The translations under genes were made by a program, and so were the position numbers. This document shows, in pieces, positions 49,751 to 60,525 of a stretch of 64,000 nucleotides of DNA (position 1 is the first letter of the stretch; each line of letters opens with the position of its first letter). This DNA is from an uncultured delta proteobacterium (GTDB lineage: Bacteria; Desulfobacterota; RBG-13-43-22). The notes below the pieces were generated by a model. That model was not told the origin of the DNA. It saw nothing but the letters and a program-made list of their open reading frames with translations, and ran no database searches. Location: assembly GCA_963843145.1 (NCBI GenBank), contig CAWJJC010000021.1, positions 1 through 64,000 on the forward strand, given 5' to 3'.

Positions 49751-50950
49751 ATGGGTTCTGAAATTTTGATCGACTTAGAGCGGTGTTCCGGTTGCGAAAG
49801 CTGTCTGGAAGTCTGCCCCTTCAGTGCGCTGGAATGGCGCGACGGAAAACCGGTGGTCAACGACCAATGCACGCTCTGCGGGGCCTGCGCCGAGGTTTGC
49901 CCGGAAGAAGCGATTACCCTTCCGGAAAGGGCTTCGGCGAGCGGTCCGGAAGCAGGCTATCAGGGCGTGATGGTTTTTGCCGAACAGCGTCTGGGGCGAT
50001 TGGCGGATGTGGCCTTTGAACTGCTGGCGAAGGGCCGCGAATTGGCCGGTACCCTGGGCGTGAACCTGACGGCGGCCTTATTGGGGCGGAATCTGGCCCC
50101 CTTGGCGGCGGAGCTGGTGGCGCAGGGGGCCGATCGGGTCTATACGGTGGATCATCCCCGGGTGGAGGGATTTACCGACGAAGCTTACGGGGAGGCCCTG
50201 ACCCAGATTATCCGGACGGTTCGGCCGGAAATCCTGCTGGCCGGCGCAACCTCCGTCGGCCGTTCCTTTATCCCCAAAGTGGCCACCCAGGTGGGCACGG
50301 GGTTGACGGCCGACTGCACCGATTTAACTATCGATCCGGAAAAAAAACATCTGCTGCAGACCCGTCCGGCCTTTGGGGGCAATATTATGGCCACCATTAT
50401 CTGTCCGCGGAGGCGTCCGCAAATGGCCACGGTCAGAGCCCGGGTGATGAAACGAGGGGCGGTACAGCCCGGACGACCCGGGGAAGTGGTCCCCTTTGAG
50501 GTGGATTGGAAACGGGTGCCCGGTAAAACCAGGCTGCTGGAAATTGTCGAAGAACTTACGGAGAAAGTGCGGCTGGCCGAAGCCGATATTATCGTGACGG
50601 GAGGCCGGGGTTTGCAGGAGGGAAAAAATTTTTCTCTGATCCGGGAATTGGCCGATTGTCTGGGCGCGGCCGTGGGGGCCTCCCGGGGGGCGGTGGATTC
50701 GGACTGGATTCCCTACGCCCATCAAGTGGGGCAAACCGGGAAGACCGTGGCCCCTAAATTGTATCTGGCCGTCGGCGTTTCCGGGGCGGTCCAGCATTTG
50801 GTGGGCATGCAGTCCTCCGAAACCATTGTGGCCGTGAACATTGATCCCCAGGCCCCTATCTTTGACGTGGCCACCTATGGTATAGTGGGCGACCTTTTTG
50901 AGGTGGTCCCGGAGATGATCCGGCAATTAAAAGCGGCCGGGGGGCGGTAA
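49751..50950 (+). CDS. etfA: Electron transfer flavoprotein alpha subunit with N-terminal 2x[4Fe-4S] ferredoxin domain
   Basis: [24 protein letters not shown]; [30 protein letters not shown]. Confidence 0.95.
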   Translation: MGSEILIDLERCSGCESCLEVCPFSALEWRDGKPVVNDQCTLCGACAEVCPEEAITLPERASASGPEAGYQGVMVFAEQRLGRLADVAFELLAKGRELAGTLGVNLTAALLGRNLAPLAAELVAQGADRVYTVDHPRVEGFTDEAYGEALTQIIRTVRPEILLAGATSVGRSFIPKVATQVGTGLTADCTDLTIDPEKKHLLQTRPAFGGNIMATIICPRRRPQMATVRARVMKRGAVQPGRPGEVVPFEVDWKRVPGKTRLLEIVEELTEKVRLAEADIIVTGGRGLQEGKNFSLIRELADCLGAAVGASRGAVDSDWIPYAHQVGQTGKTVAPKLYLAVGVSGAVQHLVGMQSSETIVAVNIDPQAPIFDVATYGIVGDLFEVVPEMIRQLKAAGGR

Positions 50951-50967
50951 AGCCTAAGGGAGAGCGT

Positions 50968-51711
50968 ATGTCGGAACAGATGATAATATTAATTACCGGA
51001 GCTTCCCGAGGGATCGGCCGGGCCATCGCCCTGCGGCTGGCCCAGCCGGGGGTAGTCCTCCTGTTGAACCATTACGACCGGGAACCGGACGCGGCCGAAC
51101 ACACACTGCAGGACGTTGTGGAGCGGGGCGCTCAGGGGAAGATTTACTATTACAATGTGGCCGAATTCCAGGAAACCCAAGCTCAGGTGGAAGGGATGCT
51201 GGCGGAATGGGGTCGGATCGAGGTGCTGGTTAATAATGCCGGCATCACCCGAGACACCCTGTTGATGCGCATGAAGGAAGAAGATTGGGACCTGGTGCTG
51301 AACATCAATCTCAAGGGGGTTTATAATTCCACCCAGGCGGTCATTCGTTCCATGATTAAAAATAAGTTCGGTAAGATCGTCAATATCGCCTCGGTGGTCG
51401 GAGCCATAGGAAATGCCGGGCAATCCAATTACGCCGCTTCCAAGGCGGGGATCATCGGGTTCAGCAAATCGGTGGCTAAGGAAGTGGCCGGTCGGGGCAT
51501 TACGGTCAACGCCGTGGCCCCCGGCTTTATCGACACGGAAATGACCGCCGTTCTGCCTGCACCGGTACGCCAGGAGTTTTTGAAATCCATCCCCATGGGC
51601 CGCAGCGGGCAACCCGAGGAGGTGGCCGAACTGGTGGCCTTCCTGATCTCGGGAGCGGCCGCGTATATTACCGGCCAGGTGATTCATATCAACGGGGGGA
51701 TGTATATGTGA
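50968..51711 (+). CDS. fabG: 3-oxoacyl-ACP reductase
   Basis: TGASRGIG, NNAGITRD, NYAASKAG, VAPGFI. Confidence 0.95.
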   Translation: MSEQMIILITGASRGIGRAIALRLAQPGVVLLLNHYDREPDAAEHTLQDVVERGAQGKIYYYNVAEFQETQAQVEGMLAEWGRIEVLVNNAGITRDTLLMRMKEEDWDLVLNINLKGVYNSTQAVIRSMIKNKFGKIVNIASVVGAIGNAGQSNYAASKAGIIGFSKSVAKEVAGRGITVNAVAPGFIDTEMTAVLPAPVRQEFLKSIPMGRSGQPEEVAELVAFLISGAAAYITGQVIHINGGMYM

Positions 51712-51780
51712 GGGGCTCGGACGAGCCCCCCCATATGAATCCTGAAAATAAGGGGGCGACATTATCCTAAGTAAGTGAGA

Positions 51781-51818
51781 TCAATAATTAATAATCAATT
51801 GTTAATTATTAACTATTA
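51781..51818. repeat. AT-rich heptamer repeat
   Basis: caataattaataatcaattgttaattattaact. Confidence 0.6.
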
Positions 51819-51891
51819 ATGAGAGCCTTGTGGTGCCGAATATATATTTTCATAATAAAGTAAGTAAGCAAGTAAAGGAGGGTAATCACCC

Positions 51892-52125
51892 ATGACTGTC
51901 GAAGAAAAAGTAAAGGCTATTATTCGTGAACAGTTGAGTGTTTCCGAGGAGGACGTGGTTTCCCAGGCCTCCTTTGTGGATGATTTGGGAGCGGATTCTT
52001 TGGACCTGGTGGAAATGATCATGGCCATGGAGGAAGCCTTCAATATTTCGATTGCTGATGAAGATGCCGAGAAAATAAAAACCGTTCAAGACGCCATAAA
52101 TTATGTGCAGGAACATTCCAAGTAA
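51892..52125 (+). CDS. acpP: Acyl carrier protein
   Basis: [12 protein letters not shown]. Confidence 0.97.
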   Translation: MTVEEKVKAIIREQLSVSEEDVVSQASFVDDLGADSLDLVEMIMAMEEAFNISIADEDAEKIKTVQDAINYVQEHSK

Positions 52126-52152
52126 CGGGAAGCAAAAACCCTGCTCCCCGGT

Positions 52153-53409
52153 GTGAGGAGGAAGGTCTTGAAAAAACGCGTAGTGGTAACCGGTCTGGGA
52201 CTGGTAACTCCGGTGGGAATCGGGGTGCAGGAGAGCTGGGAAGCACTCTGCCGGGGGAAATCCGGGATCGGGCCGATTACCCGTTTTGACGCCGGCGGTT
52301 TTAAAACCCGGATCGCGGGCGAGGTCAAGGGGTTTAAACCCGAAGACTTTGTTCCCCAGAAGATGATCAGGCGGTTGGATGTCTTTATCCACTACGCCCT
52401 GGCGGCCGCCCGCATGGCGAAGGAACAGTCCCGCTTGCGGATCACCCCGGAATTGGCCCCTTGGGTCGGGGTAATCACCGGCAGCGGGCTGGGGGGGTTG
52501 CGGACCATCGAGGAAACCCATAAGACCCTGCTTTCCAGGGGTCCGGATCGGATCAGTCCGTTTTTTATTCCCATGATCATCGCCAACATGGCCCCCGGTC
52601 AAATCGCTATCGAATTCGGGGCCAAAGGCCCCAATCTTTCACTGGAGACGGCTTGCGCCGCCGGGGCCCATGCCATTGGGGATTCTTTCAAATTGATTCA
52701 GCGCGGGGCGGCCAAGGTGATGTTCTGCGGGGGGGTGGAATCGGTTATCACCCCCTTGGCGGTGGGCGGGTTCAATGCCATGAGGGCCCTTTCCACCCGG
52801 AACGACGAACCGGAAAAGGCCTCCCGTCCTTTCGATCGGGACCGGGACGGGTTTGTCATGGGCGAAGGCAGCGGCATCTTGCTGCTGGAGGACCTGGACT
52901 TTGCCCTGGAACGAGGGGCTTTGATCCTGAGCGAAATTGTGGGCTATGGATTGACCGGGGACGCCTATCACATGACGGCCCCTTCACCGGATGGAGACGG
53001 GGCCATTCGCTGCATGCAGATGGCCCTGAGTGACGCCGGATTGGCTCCGCAGGAAATTCAATACATCAATGCCCACGGCACCTCCACCGAGTTGAATGAC
53101 GCCGCCGAGACCAAGGCCATCAAGGCCGTCTTCCGGGAGCACAGCCGTCGAGTGGCGGTCAGTTCGACCAAGTCCATGACCGGTCACCTCCTGGGGGGCG
53201 CGGGCGGCGTGGAGGCGGCAATATCGGTCCTGGCCCTGGTGAACGGGATGATCCCGCCAACAATCAACTATGAAACTCCGGATCCGGATTGCGACCTGGA
53301 TTATGTCCCCAACCAGGTCCGGAAGGCGGATCTCTCCTGTGTCCTTTCCAACTCTTTTGGCTTCGGAGGGACCAACGCCGTGTTGATATTTAAAAAGTAT
53401 GTGCCCTAA
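52153..53409 (+). CDS. fabF: 3-oxoacyl-ACP synthase II
   Basis: [51 protein letters not shown]. Confidence 0.96.
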   Translation: MRRKVLKKRVVVTGLGLVTPVGIGVQESWEALCRGKSGIGPITRFDAGGFKTRIAGEVKGFKPEDFVPQKMIRRLDVFIHYALAAARMAKEQSRLRITPELAPWVGVITGSGLGGLRTIEETHKTLLSRGPDRISPFFIPMIIANMAPGQIAIEFGAKGPNLSLETACAAGAHAIGDSFKLIQRGAAKVMFCGGVESVITPLAVGGFNAMRALSTRNDEPEKASRPFDRDRDGFVMGEGSGILLLEDLDFALERGALILSEIVGYGLTGDAYHMTAPSPDGDGAIRCMQMALSDAGLAPQEIQYINAHGTSTELNDAAETKAIKAVFREHSRRVAVSSTKSMTGHLLGGAGGVEAAISVLALVNGMIPPTINYETPDPDCDLDYVPNQVRKADLSCVLSNSFGFGGTNAVLIFKKYVP

Positions 53410-53866
53410 AAAAAGAAAAATCGACCTGATCCTCGGCGCCGATCACGGGGGAGTGGCCTTAAAGGAAATATTGCTACCTTACTTGACGACCCGGGGAATC
53501 CCTTGGGAGGATGTCGGGACTTTTGGGACCGAGTCGGTGGACTACCCGGATCTGGCCGGAAAAGTGGCCCAGGCTGTTTCTCGGGGGAAAGTCCCCCGGG
53601 GAATCCTGATCTGTGGGACCGGGATCGGGATGGCCATCACCGCCAATCGCTTTCCCAAGGTGCGGGCGGCGGTCTGTAACGACCTTTTTTCGGCCAAAAT
53701 GGCCCGGGCCCATAATGATGCCAATATCTTGGCCTTGGGCGGACGAATGATCGGACCGGGGCTGGCCCTGGAAATCGTGGAGACTTTTCTAAACACACCC
53801 TTTGAGAGGGGCCGTCACTTGAGAAGGATCCGAAAACTGGAGGTGGGTTGCTCGTGGGGGAAGTGA
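53399..53866 (+). CDS. rpiB: Ribose-5-phosphate isomerase B
   Basis: GADHGG, DYPD, CGTGIG, HNDANIL, RHLRRI. Confidence 0.95.
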   Translation: MCPKKRKIDLILGADHGGVALKEILLPYLTTRGIPWEDVGTFGTESVDYPDLAGKVAQAVSRGKVPRGILICGTGIGMAITANRFPKVRAAVCNDLFSAKMARAHNDANILALGGRMIGPGLALEIVETFLNTPFERGRHLRRIRKLEVGCSWGK

Positions 53867-55122
53867 GGAAAGGCAAAGGGCCGGCGCTGGCACAGGTGGA
53901 TCCTGAAGTCGCCCGGGCCATTCGCGGTGAGTTGAAAAGACAGAGCGAGAGGCTGGAATTAATCGCTTCGGAAAATTTTACCAGCCGGGCAGTGATGGAG
54001 GCCCAAGCCAGCGTGTTGACCAATAAATACGCCGAAGGGTATCCGGGAAAACGGTATTATGGGGGCTGTGAATTCGTCGATCAGGTGGAAATCCTGGCCA
54101 TTGATCGGGCCCGAAGGCTTTTCCAGGCAGACTATGTCAATGTGCAACCCCATTCCGGATCTCAGGCCAATATGGCCATCTTATTTTCAGCCCTGGAACC
54201 CGGGGATACCATTTTGGGCATGGATCTGGCCCACGGCGGGCATCTGACCCACGGCAGCCCGGTAAGTTTTTCCGGGCGGTTTTTTAAAGTCCGCTCCTAC
54301 GGGGTGGACCGTCAGACCCAGCGGATCGATTACGGTCAGGTGGCCGATCTGGCCGGAAGCTGTCGTCCCAAGCTGATTATTGCCGGGGCCAGCGCCTATT
54401 CCCGAATCATCGACTTTGCCGCCTTTGCCCAAATCGCGCGAGAAGTCGGGGCCTTCCTGATGGTCGATATGGCCCATATCGCCGGGTTGGTGGCCGCCGA
54501 AGTTCACCCTTCCCCGGTGCCTTATGCCGACTTCGTCACCTCCACCACCCACAAGACGCTGCGTGGCCCCAGAGGCGGGCTGATTCTGGCCAAGGAAAAA
54601 TACGGCAAACTTTTGAACAGCCAGATTTTTCCGGGGATTCAGGGGGGCCCGATGATGCACACCATCGCCGCCAAGGCCGTGTCTTTTAAGGAGGCCTTAA
54701 CTCCGGAGTTCAAGGTCTATCAGCAGCAGGTAATTCGCAACGCCCAAAAATTGGCGGCTGAACTCATTAGCCGTGGATATAAACTGGTGGCCGACGGAAC
54801 GGACAATCACCTGATGCTGGTGGATTTGAGCACCAAGGATCTGACCGGGCTGGAAGCGGAAAAGGCCCTGGAAGCGGCCGGGATTACCGTGAATAAGAAT
54901 AGTATTCCCTTTGAGACCAAAAGCCCCCGGATCACCAGCGGGGTGCGCATCGGGACCCCGGCCGTCACCACCCGGGGGATGAAGGAGCCCGAAATGGGAC
55001 GCCTGGCGGAATTCATAGATCGGGCCTTGGCGCCGACGGCAAATAGCAAAGCGCTCCAGACTATTCGGGAAGAGGTTCGAAAATTCAGCCGGGGATTCCC
55101 GCTGTTTCCTCAAATCGGCTGA
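53848..55122 (+). CDS. glyA: Serine hydroxymethyltransferase
   Basis: [35 protein letters not shown]. Confidence 0.97.
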   Translation: MLVGEVRKGKGPALAQVDPEVARAIRGELKRQSERLELIASENFTSRAVMEAQASVLTNKYAEGYPGKRYYGGCEFVDQVEILAIDRARRLFQADYVNVQPHSGSQANMAILFSALEPGDTILGMDLAHGGHLTHGSPVSFSGRFFKVRSYGVDRQTQRIDYGQVADLAGSCRPKLIIAGASAYSRIIDFAAFAQIAREVGAFLMVDMAHIAGLVAAEVHPSPVPYADFVTSTTHKTLRGPRGGLILAKEKYGKLLNSQIFPGIQGGPMMHTIAAKAVSFKEALTPEFKVYQQQVIRNAQKLAAELISRGYKLVADGTDNHLMLVDLSTKDLTGLEAEKALEAAGITVNKNSIPFETKSPRITSGVRIGTPAVTTRGMKEPEMGRLAEFIDRALAPTANSKALQTIREEVRKFSRGFPLFPQIG

Positions 55123-55125
55123 CCG

Positions 55126-55581
55126 ATGAATGCCGTGGGGCGACCTACCTGGATTGAGTATTTTATGGATATCGCCGACCTGGTAGCCAAGCGATCCACT
55201 TGCCTGCGCAGGCGGGTGGGGGCCGTGGCGGTCAAGGAAAAAAGGATTCTGGCCACCGGGTACAACGGAGTGCCGTCCGGGATTCCCCATTGTCTGGATG
55301 TCGGTTGCCTGAGGGAACAGGAAGGAATACCCTCGGGGGAACGGCATGAGCTTTGCCGGGGGATTCATGCCGAGCAGAACGTGATCATCCAGGCGGCCTA
55401 TTCCGGGGTAGCGATCCAGGGGGCCTCGCTGTACTGCACCAACCTGCCTTGCCTTATCTGTTCCAAGATGCTGATCAATGCCGGGATTCGGGAAATATTT
55501 TATCGGCAAGGGTACGCGGATCGTCTCTCCGAGGATATGCTCGAGACCGCTCGGGTGCCTTTAATCCAGATTACCCGGTAA
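55126..55581 (+). CDS. dCMP/cytidine deaminase family protein (ComEB-like)
   Basis: RSTCLRR, TGYNG, HAEQN, PCLIC. Confidence 0.92.
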   Translation: MNAVGRPTWIEYFMDIADLVAKRSTCLRRRVGAVAVKEKRILATGYNGVPSGIPHCLDVGCLREQEGIPSGERHELCRGIHAEQNVIIQAAYSGVAIQGASLYCTNLPCLICSKMLINAGIREIFYRQGYADRLSEDMLETARVPLIQITR

Positions 55582-55620
55582 GAAATCCGGCCGGAACTTG
55601 CGGACGGAAAAAGGGTTGTC

Positions 55621-56121
55621 ATGAAATGTCCCTATTGCAGTTCGTTCAATAATAAAGTGGTGGATTCCCGGTTGAGCAAGGAAGGGCTGCTGATCCGCCG
55701 GCGAAGGGAATGCGACGATTGTCAAAAACGTTTTACCACTTATGAAAAAGTGGAGGAGATCAACCCGGTGGTCATCAAGAAAGACGGCCGTCGGGAACCC
55801 TACGACCGGGACAAGGTGGCCGAAGGGATCCACCGGGCCTGTCGCAAGCGGCCCATCAGCGTGGAGGACATTGAAGCTTTTCTGGATACCCTGGAACAAG
55901 CGCTGCAGGAGTCAGGACGGAAGGAGATCTCCTGCTCGGAGATCGGAGAAAGGGTCATGGCCCAGCTCCATGAATGGGATGATGTGGCCTATGTCCGCTT
56001 TGCCTCGGTTTACCGGCAATTCCAGGATACCAGCGATTTCATGCAGGAACTGAAAGACCTTTTGGAGAGCAAAAAGCGGGGGAAAAAGGTCGGTAAGGGC
56101 AGGAAAGCGGACGGCCAGTGA
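55621..56121 (+). CDS. nrdR: Transcriptional repressor NrdR
   Basis: [34 protein letters not shown]. Confidence 0.97.
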   Translation: MKCPYCSSFNNKVVDSRLSKEGLLIRRRRECDDCQKRFTTYEKVEEINPVVIKKDGRREPYDRDKVAEGIHRACRKRPISVEDIEAFLDTLEQALQESGRKEISCSEIGERVMAQLHEWDDVAYVRFASVYRQFQDTSDFMQELKDLLESKKRGKKVGKGRKADGQ

Positions 56122-57224
56122 CCAGGAAACCCGAAGAGTCCAGCGCCTATCTGCGGCTGGCCTTGCGTTTGGCCCGCAAAGGATCGGGCCGGACTTCGCC
56201 GAATCCCCTGGTGGGGGCGGTAGTGGTCCGGGGCGGCCAGGTGGTCGGGGCGGGATATCACCAAAAAGCGGGAGGCCCCCATGCCGAACGAATCGCCTTG
56301 GCGCAGGCCGGCCTAAAGGCCCGTGGGTCCACTTTGTACGTGAACCTGGAACCCTGCAACCATACGGGGCGCACCCCTCCCTGCACCGAAGCCATCCTGG
56401 AAAGCGGCGTCAAGAAAGTGGTTTTCGGGATGGAGGATCCCAACCCGCGGGTCGCCGGCGGCGGCGGCGCTTATCTGCGGTCCCGGGGAATTGAGGTGGC
56501 GGGTGGGCTCCTGGAAAGGGAATGCCGGGCCCTTAATGAAGTTTACGTGAAGTGGGTGACCACCGGCTTCCCTTTTGTCACCTTAAAAGCCGCCCTGAGC
56601 CTGGACGGAAAGATTGCCACCCGAAGTGGTGATTCCCAGTGGATCAGTAATGAACTGTCCCGGGCCAAGGTACACCGGCTTCGGAGCCGGGTGGATGGAA
56701 TCCTGGTGGGCAGCGGAACGGTCCTGGCCGACGACCCGCTCCTGACTCCCAGGCATTCTCGAAAAATTGTCCGGACCCCGTTAAGGGTGATTGTGGACCC
56801 GCACCTGAAAACCCCCCTGCCGGCCAGGTTGTTTTCAGACCCGGGACCGGTGCTGATTGCCGCCGCTGAAGGCGCGCCGAAAAAGAAGGCGGCCGCCCTG
56901 GAGCGAAAAGGAGTCAACCTTCTATTCCTTCCGGCTCGGGGAGGACGGTTCGACCTGGAGGCCTTGCTGGGCTATTTGGGGCGGAAAGAGGTCACCGATC
57001 TTCTGGTGGAGGGCGGAGCAGAGATATTCGGTTCATTTCTCAGCGAGGGACTGGCCGATCGGATCTGGCTGTTTTACGCCCCGATACTCATCGGCGGCCA
57101 ATCGGCCAAGGGAATGATCGGGGGGCGCGGGGTGGCCACGGTGGCCGAGGCTTCAAAATTTGAACGCCTGAAGTGGCAGTCTCTGGGTAGTGATTTTTTT
57201 GTGGAAGGCTATCTCCAGAAATGA
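56118..57224 (+). CDS. ribD: Riboflavin biosynthesis deaminase/reductase
   Basis: [35 protein letters not shown]. Confidence 0.96.
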   Translation: MTRKPEESSAYLRLALRLARKGSGRTSPNPLVGAVVVRGGQVVGAGYHQKAGGPHAERIALAQAGLKARGSTLYVNLEPCNHTGRTPPCTEAILESGVKKVVFGMEDPNPRVAGGGGAYLRSRGIEVAGGLLERECRALNEVYVKWVTTGFPFVTLKAALSLDGKIATRSGDSQWISNELSRAKVHRLRSRVDGILVGSGTVLADDPLLTPRHSRKIVRTPLRVIVDPHLKTPLPARLFSDPGPVLIAAAEGAPKKKAAALERKGVNLLFLPARGGRFDLEALLGYLGRKEVTDLLVEGGAEIFGSFLSEGLADRIWLFYAPILIGGQSAKGMIGGRGVATVAEASKFERLKWQSLGSDFFVEGYLQK

Positions 57225-57420
57225 AAAGGTGCTACTATTGTAGCAGGCGTTCACCCTTTTGGGTGGGTAGCCAGAAGAGAGGGTGGATTAACCTAGAACC
57301 GGGCCCCCATGGCCGACGGGTCTTGGCGAAAGGGTTTTCCAAAGGTACTCCGGACTTCGAATCCGGGCCTAATTTACTAATTTTATTAGTCATTAATCAA
57401 AGGACGCCAGGGGACAGACA

Positions 57421-58077
57421 GTGTTTACCGGATTGATTGAAGGGCGGGGGACGGTCGCGCGTCTGGAAAAAAATGGCCACAGCCTTCGTCTGTGGGTCAA
57501 GGCTGGATTTCCCTGGCCCGATCCCCGGGTGGGAGAGAGCATTGCGGTCAACGGGGTCTGCCTGACGGCCACCTCCTGGCAGGATGCGGTCTTTTCCGTG
57601 GATGTTTCCGAGGAAACCCTTTCCCGTTCCACCTTAAATCTGTTGAAGATCGGGGCCGGCGTAAATCTGGAGAGGGCCTTGAGGCTTTCCGACCGCCTGG
57701 GAGGCCATCTGGTTACGGGTCATGTGGACGGGTTGGGGGAGATCAGCCGCAGAGAAACCCGAGGAGATTTTTGGTGGATTCAGATCGCCTTTCCCGAAAA
57801 CTTGGGGCCCTTTATCGTCGAAAAAGGGTCCATTGCCGTGGAGGGGATTAGTTTAACGGTCAATAAGGTTTCCGGGCTCACTTTTGACTTGACGATTATC
57901 CCCCAGACGGCCGACCAGACGACCCTGCCGGCGAAAAAGGTGGGGGAGGCGGTTAACCTGGAAACCGACCTGGTCGGTAAATATGTCGTTCATCTTCTTG
58001 ACCGGACCCGATCGGCAGGAGCGAAGCCGGAATCAAAAATAAACGCGGAATTTTTAGCCCGGAACGGATTTTTATAA
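57421..58077 (+). CDS. ribE: Riboflavin synthase
   Basis: [34 protein letters not shown]. Confidence 0.96.
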   Translation: MFTGLIEGRGTVARLEKNGHSLRLWVKAGFPWPDPRVGESIAVNGVCLTATSWQDAVFSVDVSEETLSRSTLNLLKIGAGVNLERALRLSDRLGGHLVTGHVDGLGEISRRETRGDFWWIQIAFPENLGPFIVEKGSIAVEGISLTVNKVSGLTFDLTIIPQTADQTTLPAKKVGEAVNLETDLVGKYVVHLLDRTRSAGAKPESKINAEFLARNGFL

Positions 58078-58114
58078 TAAATTTAAGGAATTTCTAAAAT
58101 AAGGAGCAGCGCGT

Positions 58115-59320
58115 ATGCCCATGGTAGCGATTGAAGAGGCATTGGAAGATATTAAAGCCGGGAGAATGGTCATCCTGGTGGATGACGAAGACCGGGAGAA
58201 TGAGGGGGACCTGACCATGGCCGCCGAGAAGGTCACCCCGGAGGCGATTAGTTTTATGGCCAAGTACGGGCGGGGTTTGATTTGCCTCTCCCTGACCCCG
58301 GAACGGATCGAGCAGTTGCAGTTGCCCATGATGGTACAAAACAATACCTCCCCGTTTAAAACGGCCTTTACTATTTCCATCGAGGCCCGGCGGGGTGTAA
58401 CCACCGGTATTTCAGCCCACGACCGGGCAACGACCATCCGGACGGCTATTGCCGAAGATACCCACCCGGAGGACCTAGTCAGTCCCGGTCATGTGTTCCC
58501 GTTGCGGGCCCGTAAGGGCGGGGTCTTGGTGCGTACCGGTCAAACGGAAGGGTCGGTGGACCTGGCCCGGATGGCCGGCTTAAAACCCTATGGGGTGATA
58601 TGTGAGATCATGAAGGATGACGGGACCATGGCTCGCCTTCCGGACCTGGAGATCTTCGCCCGGGAACACGGATTGAAAATTATTTCCATCCGGGACCTGA
58701 TTGAATACCGATTCCAGAACGAATCTTTCGTGCACCGGCGGGCGGAAACGGTTCTGCCCACGGCCTATGGGGCTTTTACGGCCATTGTCTATGAAAATGA
58801 CGTGGATGAACACCAGCATCTGGCCCTGGTAAAAGGGGAAATCAAATCGAAGGAGGAAATCCTGGTCCGGGTTCATTCCGAATGCCTGACCGGAGATGTC
58901 TTTAAATCGCTGCGCTGTGACTGCGGGGACCAGTTGATTTCCGCCCTGCAGCGGATTGAGGCAGAAGGCCGGGGGGTTCTTCTCTATATGCACCAGGAGG
59001 GCCGGGGGATCGGACTGGTCAATAAGCTGCGGGCCTATATGCTCCAGGATCAGGGAAAGGACACCGTGGAAGCCAATGAGGCCTTGGGGTTTAAGGCGGA
59101 CCTGCGCGATTACGGTATCGGGGCCCAGATCTTAGCCGATTTGGGAGTGCGCAAAATGCGCCTGATGACCAATAATCCCAAAAAAATAATCGGCCTGGAA
59201 GGCTACGGGATCCAGGTAACCGAACGGGTGCCGATCGAGGTCTTTCCCCAAAAAGAGAATATCAACTACTTGAAAACCAAATGCGAAAAAATGGGGCATC
59301 TGCTAAATTTGCCCCTCTGA
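58115..59320 (+). CDS. ribBA: Bifunctional DHBP synthase / GTP cyclohydrolase II
   Basis: [33 protein letters not shown]. Confidence 0.97.
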   Translation: MPMVAIEEALEDIKAGRMVILVDDEDRENEGDLTMAAEKVTPEAISFMAKYGRGLICLSLTPERIEQLQLPMMVQNNTSPFKTAFTISIEARRGVTTGISAHDRATTIRTAIAEDTHPEDLVSPGHVFPLRARKGGVLVRTGQTEGSVDLARMAGLKPYGVICEIMKDDGTMARLPDLEIFAREHGLKIISIRDLIEYRFQNESFVHRRAETVLPTAYGAFTAIVYENDVDEHQHLALVKGEIKSKEEILVRVHSECLTGDVFKSLRCDCGDQLISALQRIEAEGRGVLLYMHQEGRGIGLVNKLRAYMLQDQGKDTVEANEALGFKADLRDYGIGAQILADLGVRKMRLMTNNPKKIIGLEGYGIQVTERVPIEVFPQKENINYLKTKCEKMGHLLNLPL

Positions 59321-59334
59321 ACAAGAGGACCTAT

Positions 59335-59462
59335 AAATTCGAAATTCGAAGCACGAAATCGACTCGGCTGAGCCTTTCGGTAAACTCAAGGCCCTGAGCT
59401 TGTCGAAGGGCTCGTCGCAGGCCGAAACAAGCACGAAGGTTCAAAATCCGAATTCGGATTTG
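59335..59462. repeat. Truncated heptamer element with the same nested 62-bp insertion (59361-59422)
   Basis: Insert identical to 48744-48805. Confidence 0.85.
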
Positions 59463-59486
59463 AATCCAGGTAATCGGGAGGGGAAC

Positions 59487-59957
59487 ATGACCAAAGTCTA
59501 TGAGGGAAAACTGCAGGCGGAAGGGATGAAGTTCGCTTTAGTGGTCAGCCGCTTTAATGATTTTATCAGTGATCATCTGCAGGGAGGGGCACTGGATGCC
59601 CTGATCCGCAACGGGGCCCGAGGGGAGGATGTGGACGTTTTTAAAGTCCCCGGGGCCTACGAGATCCCTTTCCTGGCCAAGAAAATCGCCCTGCTCAACA
59701 AATACGACGCCGTGATCTGCCTGGGGGCGGTGATCCGGGGGGCTACGCCCCATTTTGAATATGTCAGCGCTGAAGTATCCAAGGGGGTGGCCAATGCCTC
59801 CCTGGAAACCGGGGTGCCGATGGTCTTCGGCGTGATCACGGCCGATACCTTGGAACAGGCCATTGAACGGGCCGGATCCAAGGCCGGCAATAAAGGTTGG
59901 AGCGCGGCCCTAGCGGGGATTGAGATGGTCGATCTCCTTCGTCGGCTGAACGATTAG
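59487..59957 (+). CDS. ribH: 6,7-dimethyl-8-ribityllumazine synthase
   Basis: [37 protein letters not shown]. Confidence 0.97.
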   Translation: MTKVYEGKLQAEGMKFALVVSRFNDFISDHLQGGALDALIRNGARGEDVDVFKVPGAYEIPFLAKKIALLNKYDAVICLGAVIRGATPHFEYVSAEVSKGVANASLETGVPMVFGVITADTLEQAIERAGSKAGNKGWSAALAGIEMVDLLRRLND

Positions 59958-59994
59958 CCTTTTATAGAAAACCCCGAAGACTTCTTCCGACGTT

Positions 59995-60525
59995 ATGGCC
60001 AGTCGACGGCAATCCAGGGAATCGGCCATTCAGGCCCTTTACCAACTGGACTTAAATCCCGGGGACTTTCAACAGGGGTTGATGCTTTTCGAGAAAAATT
60101 ATCCTCCCCAGGAGGACGGCTATCCCTTCTTCCGAAAATTGGTTCAAGGGGTTTGTGAAGAAAAGAAAGCCATTGATCTACTGATTCGGCGTCATTCTCA
60201 GCATTGGCGGTTGGAGAGGATGTCTCCGGTGGATCGCAATATCCTGCGGTTGGCCGTCTATGAACTGCGGTTCGGCGGTGAGACGCCTCCCAAGTCCGCC
60301 ATCAATGAAGCCATCGATTTGGGAAAACGATACGGAAGCGAAGAATCCAGCGCTTTTATCAACGGGATACTGGATAGTATCTTAGCCGAGATCCAAACGC
60401 CGGTCGCAGAGGCCGGAGGCCCGGAAGGACCAGCCCCAAAGAGGGACAAGGCACCGCCTTCGGCCTCCGGGGAGGCGAAGGGAAAACCGAGGGGGAGTGG
60501 GAGTGGTCATAAAAAACAAATATAA
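59995..60525 (+). CDS. nusB: Transcription antitermination factor NusB
   Basis: [42 protein letters not shown]. Confidence 0.95.
   Translation: MASRRQSRESAIQALYQLDLNPGDFQQGLMLFEKNYPPQEDGYPFFRKLVQGVCEEKKAIDLLIRRHSQHWRLERMSPVDRNILRLAVYELRFGGETPPKSAINEAIDLGKRYGSEESSAFINGILDSILAEIQTPVAEAGGPEGPAPKRDKAPPSASGEAKGKPRGSGSGHKKQI

Noticed and set aside
57225-57420. FMN riboswitch in the rib operon
   Set aside because: Lacks the AGGGC-GGGUGAAAUUCCC-ACCGGCGG core.
59400-59486. N-terminal extension of RibH
   Set aside because: Derived from the nested repeat; an RBS and ATG at 59487 give the normal protein.
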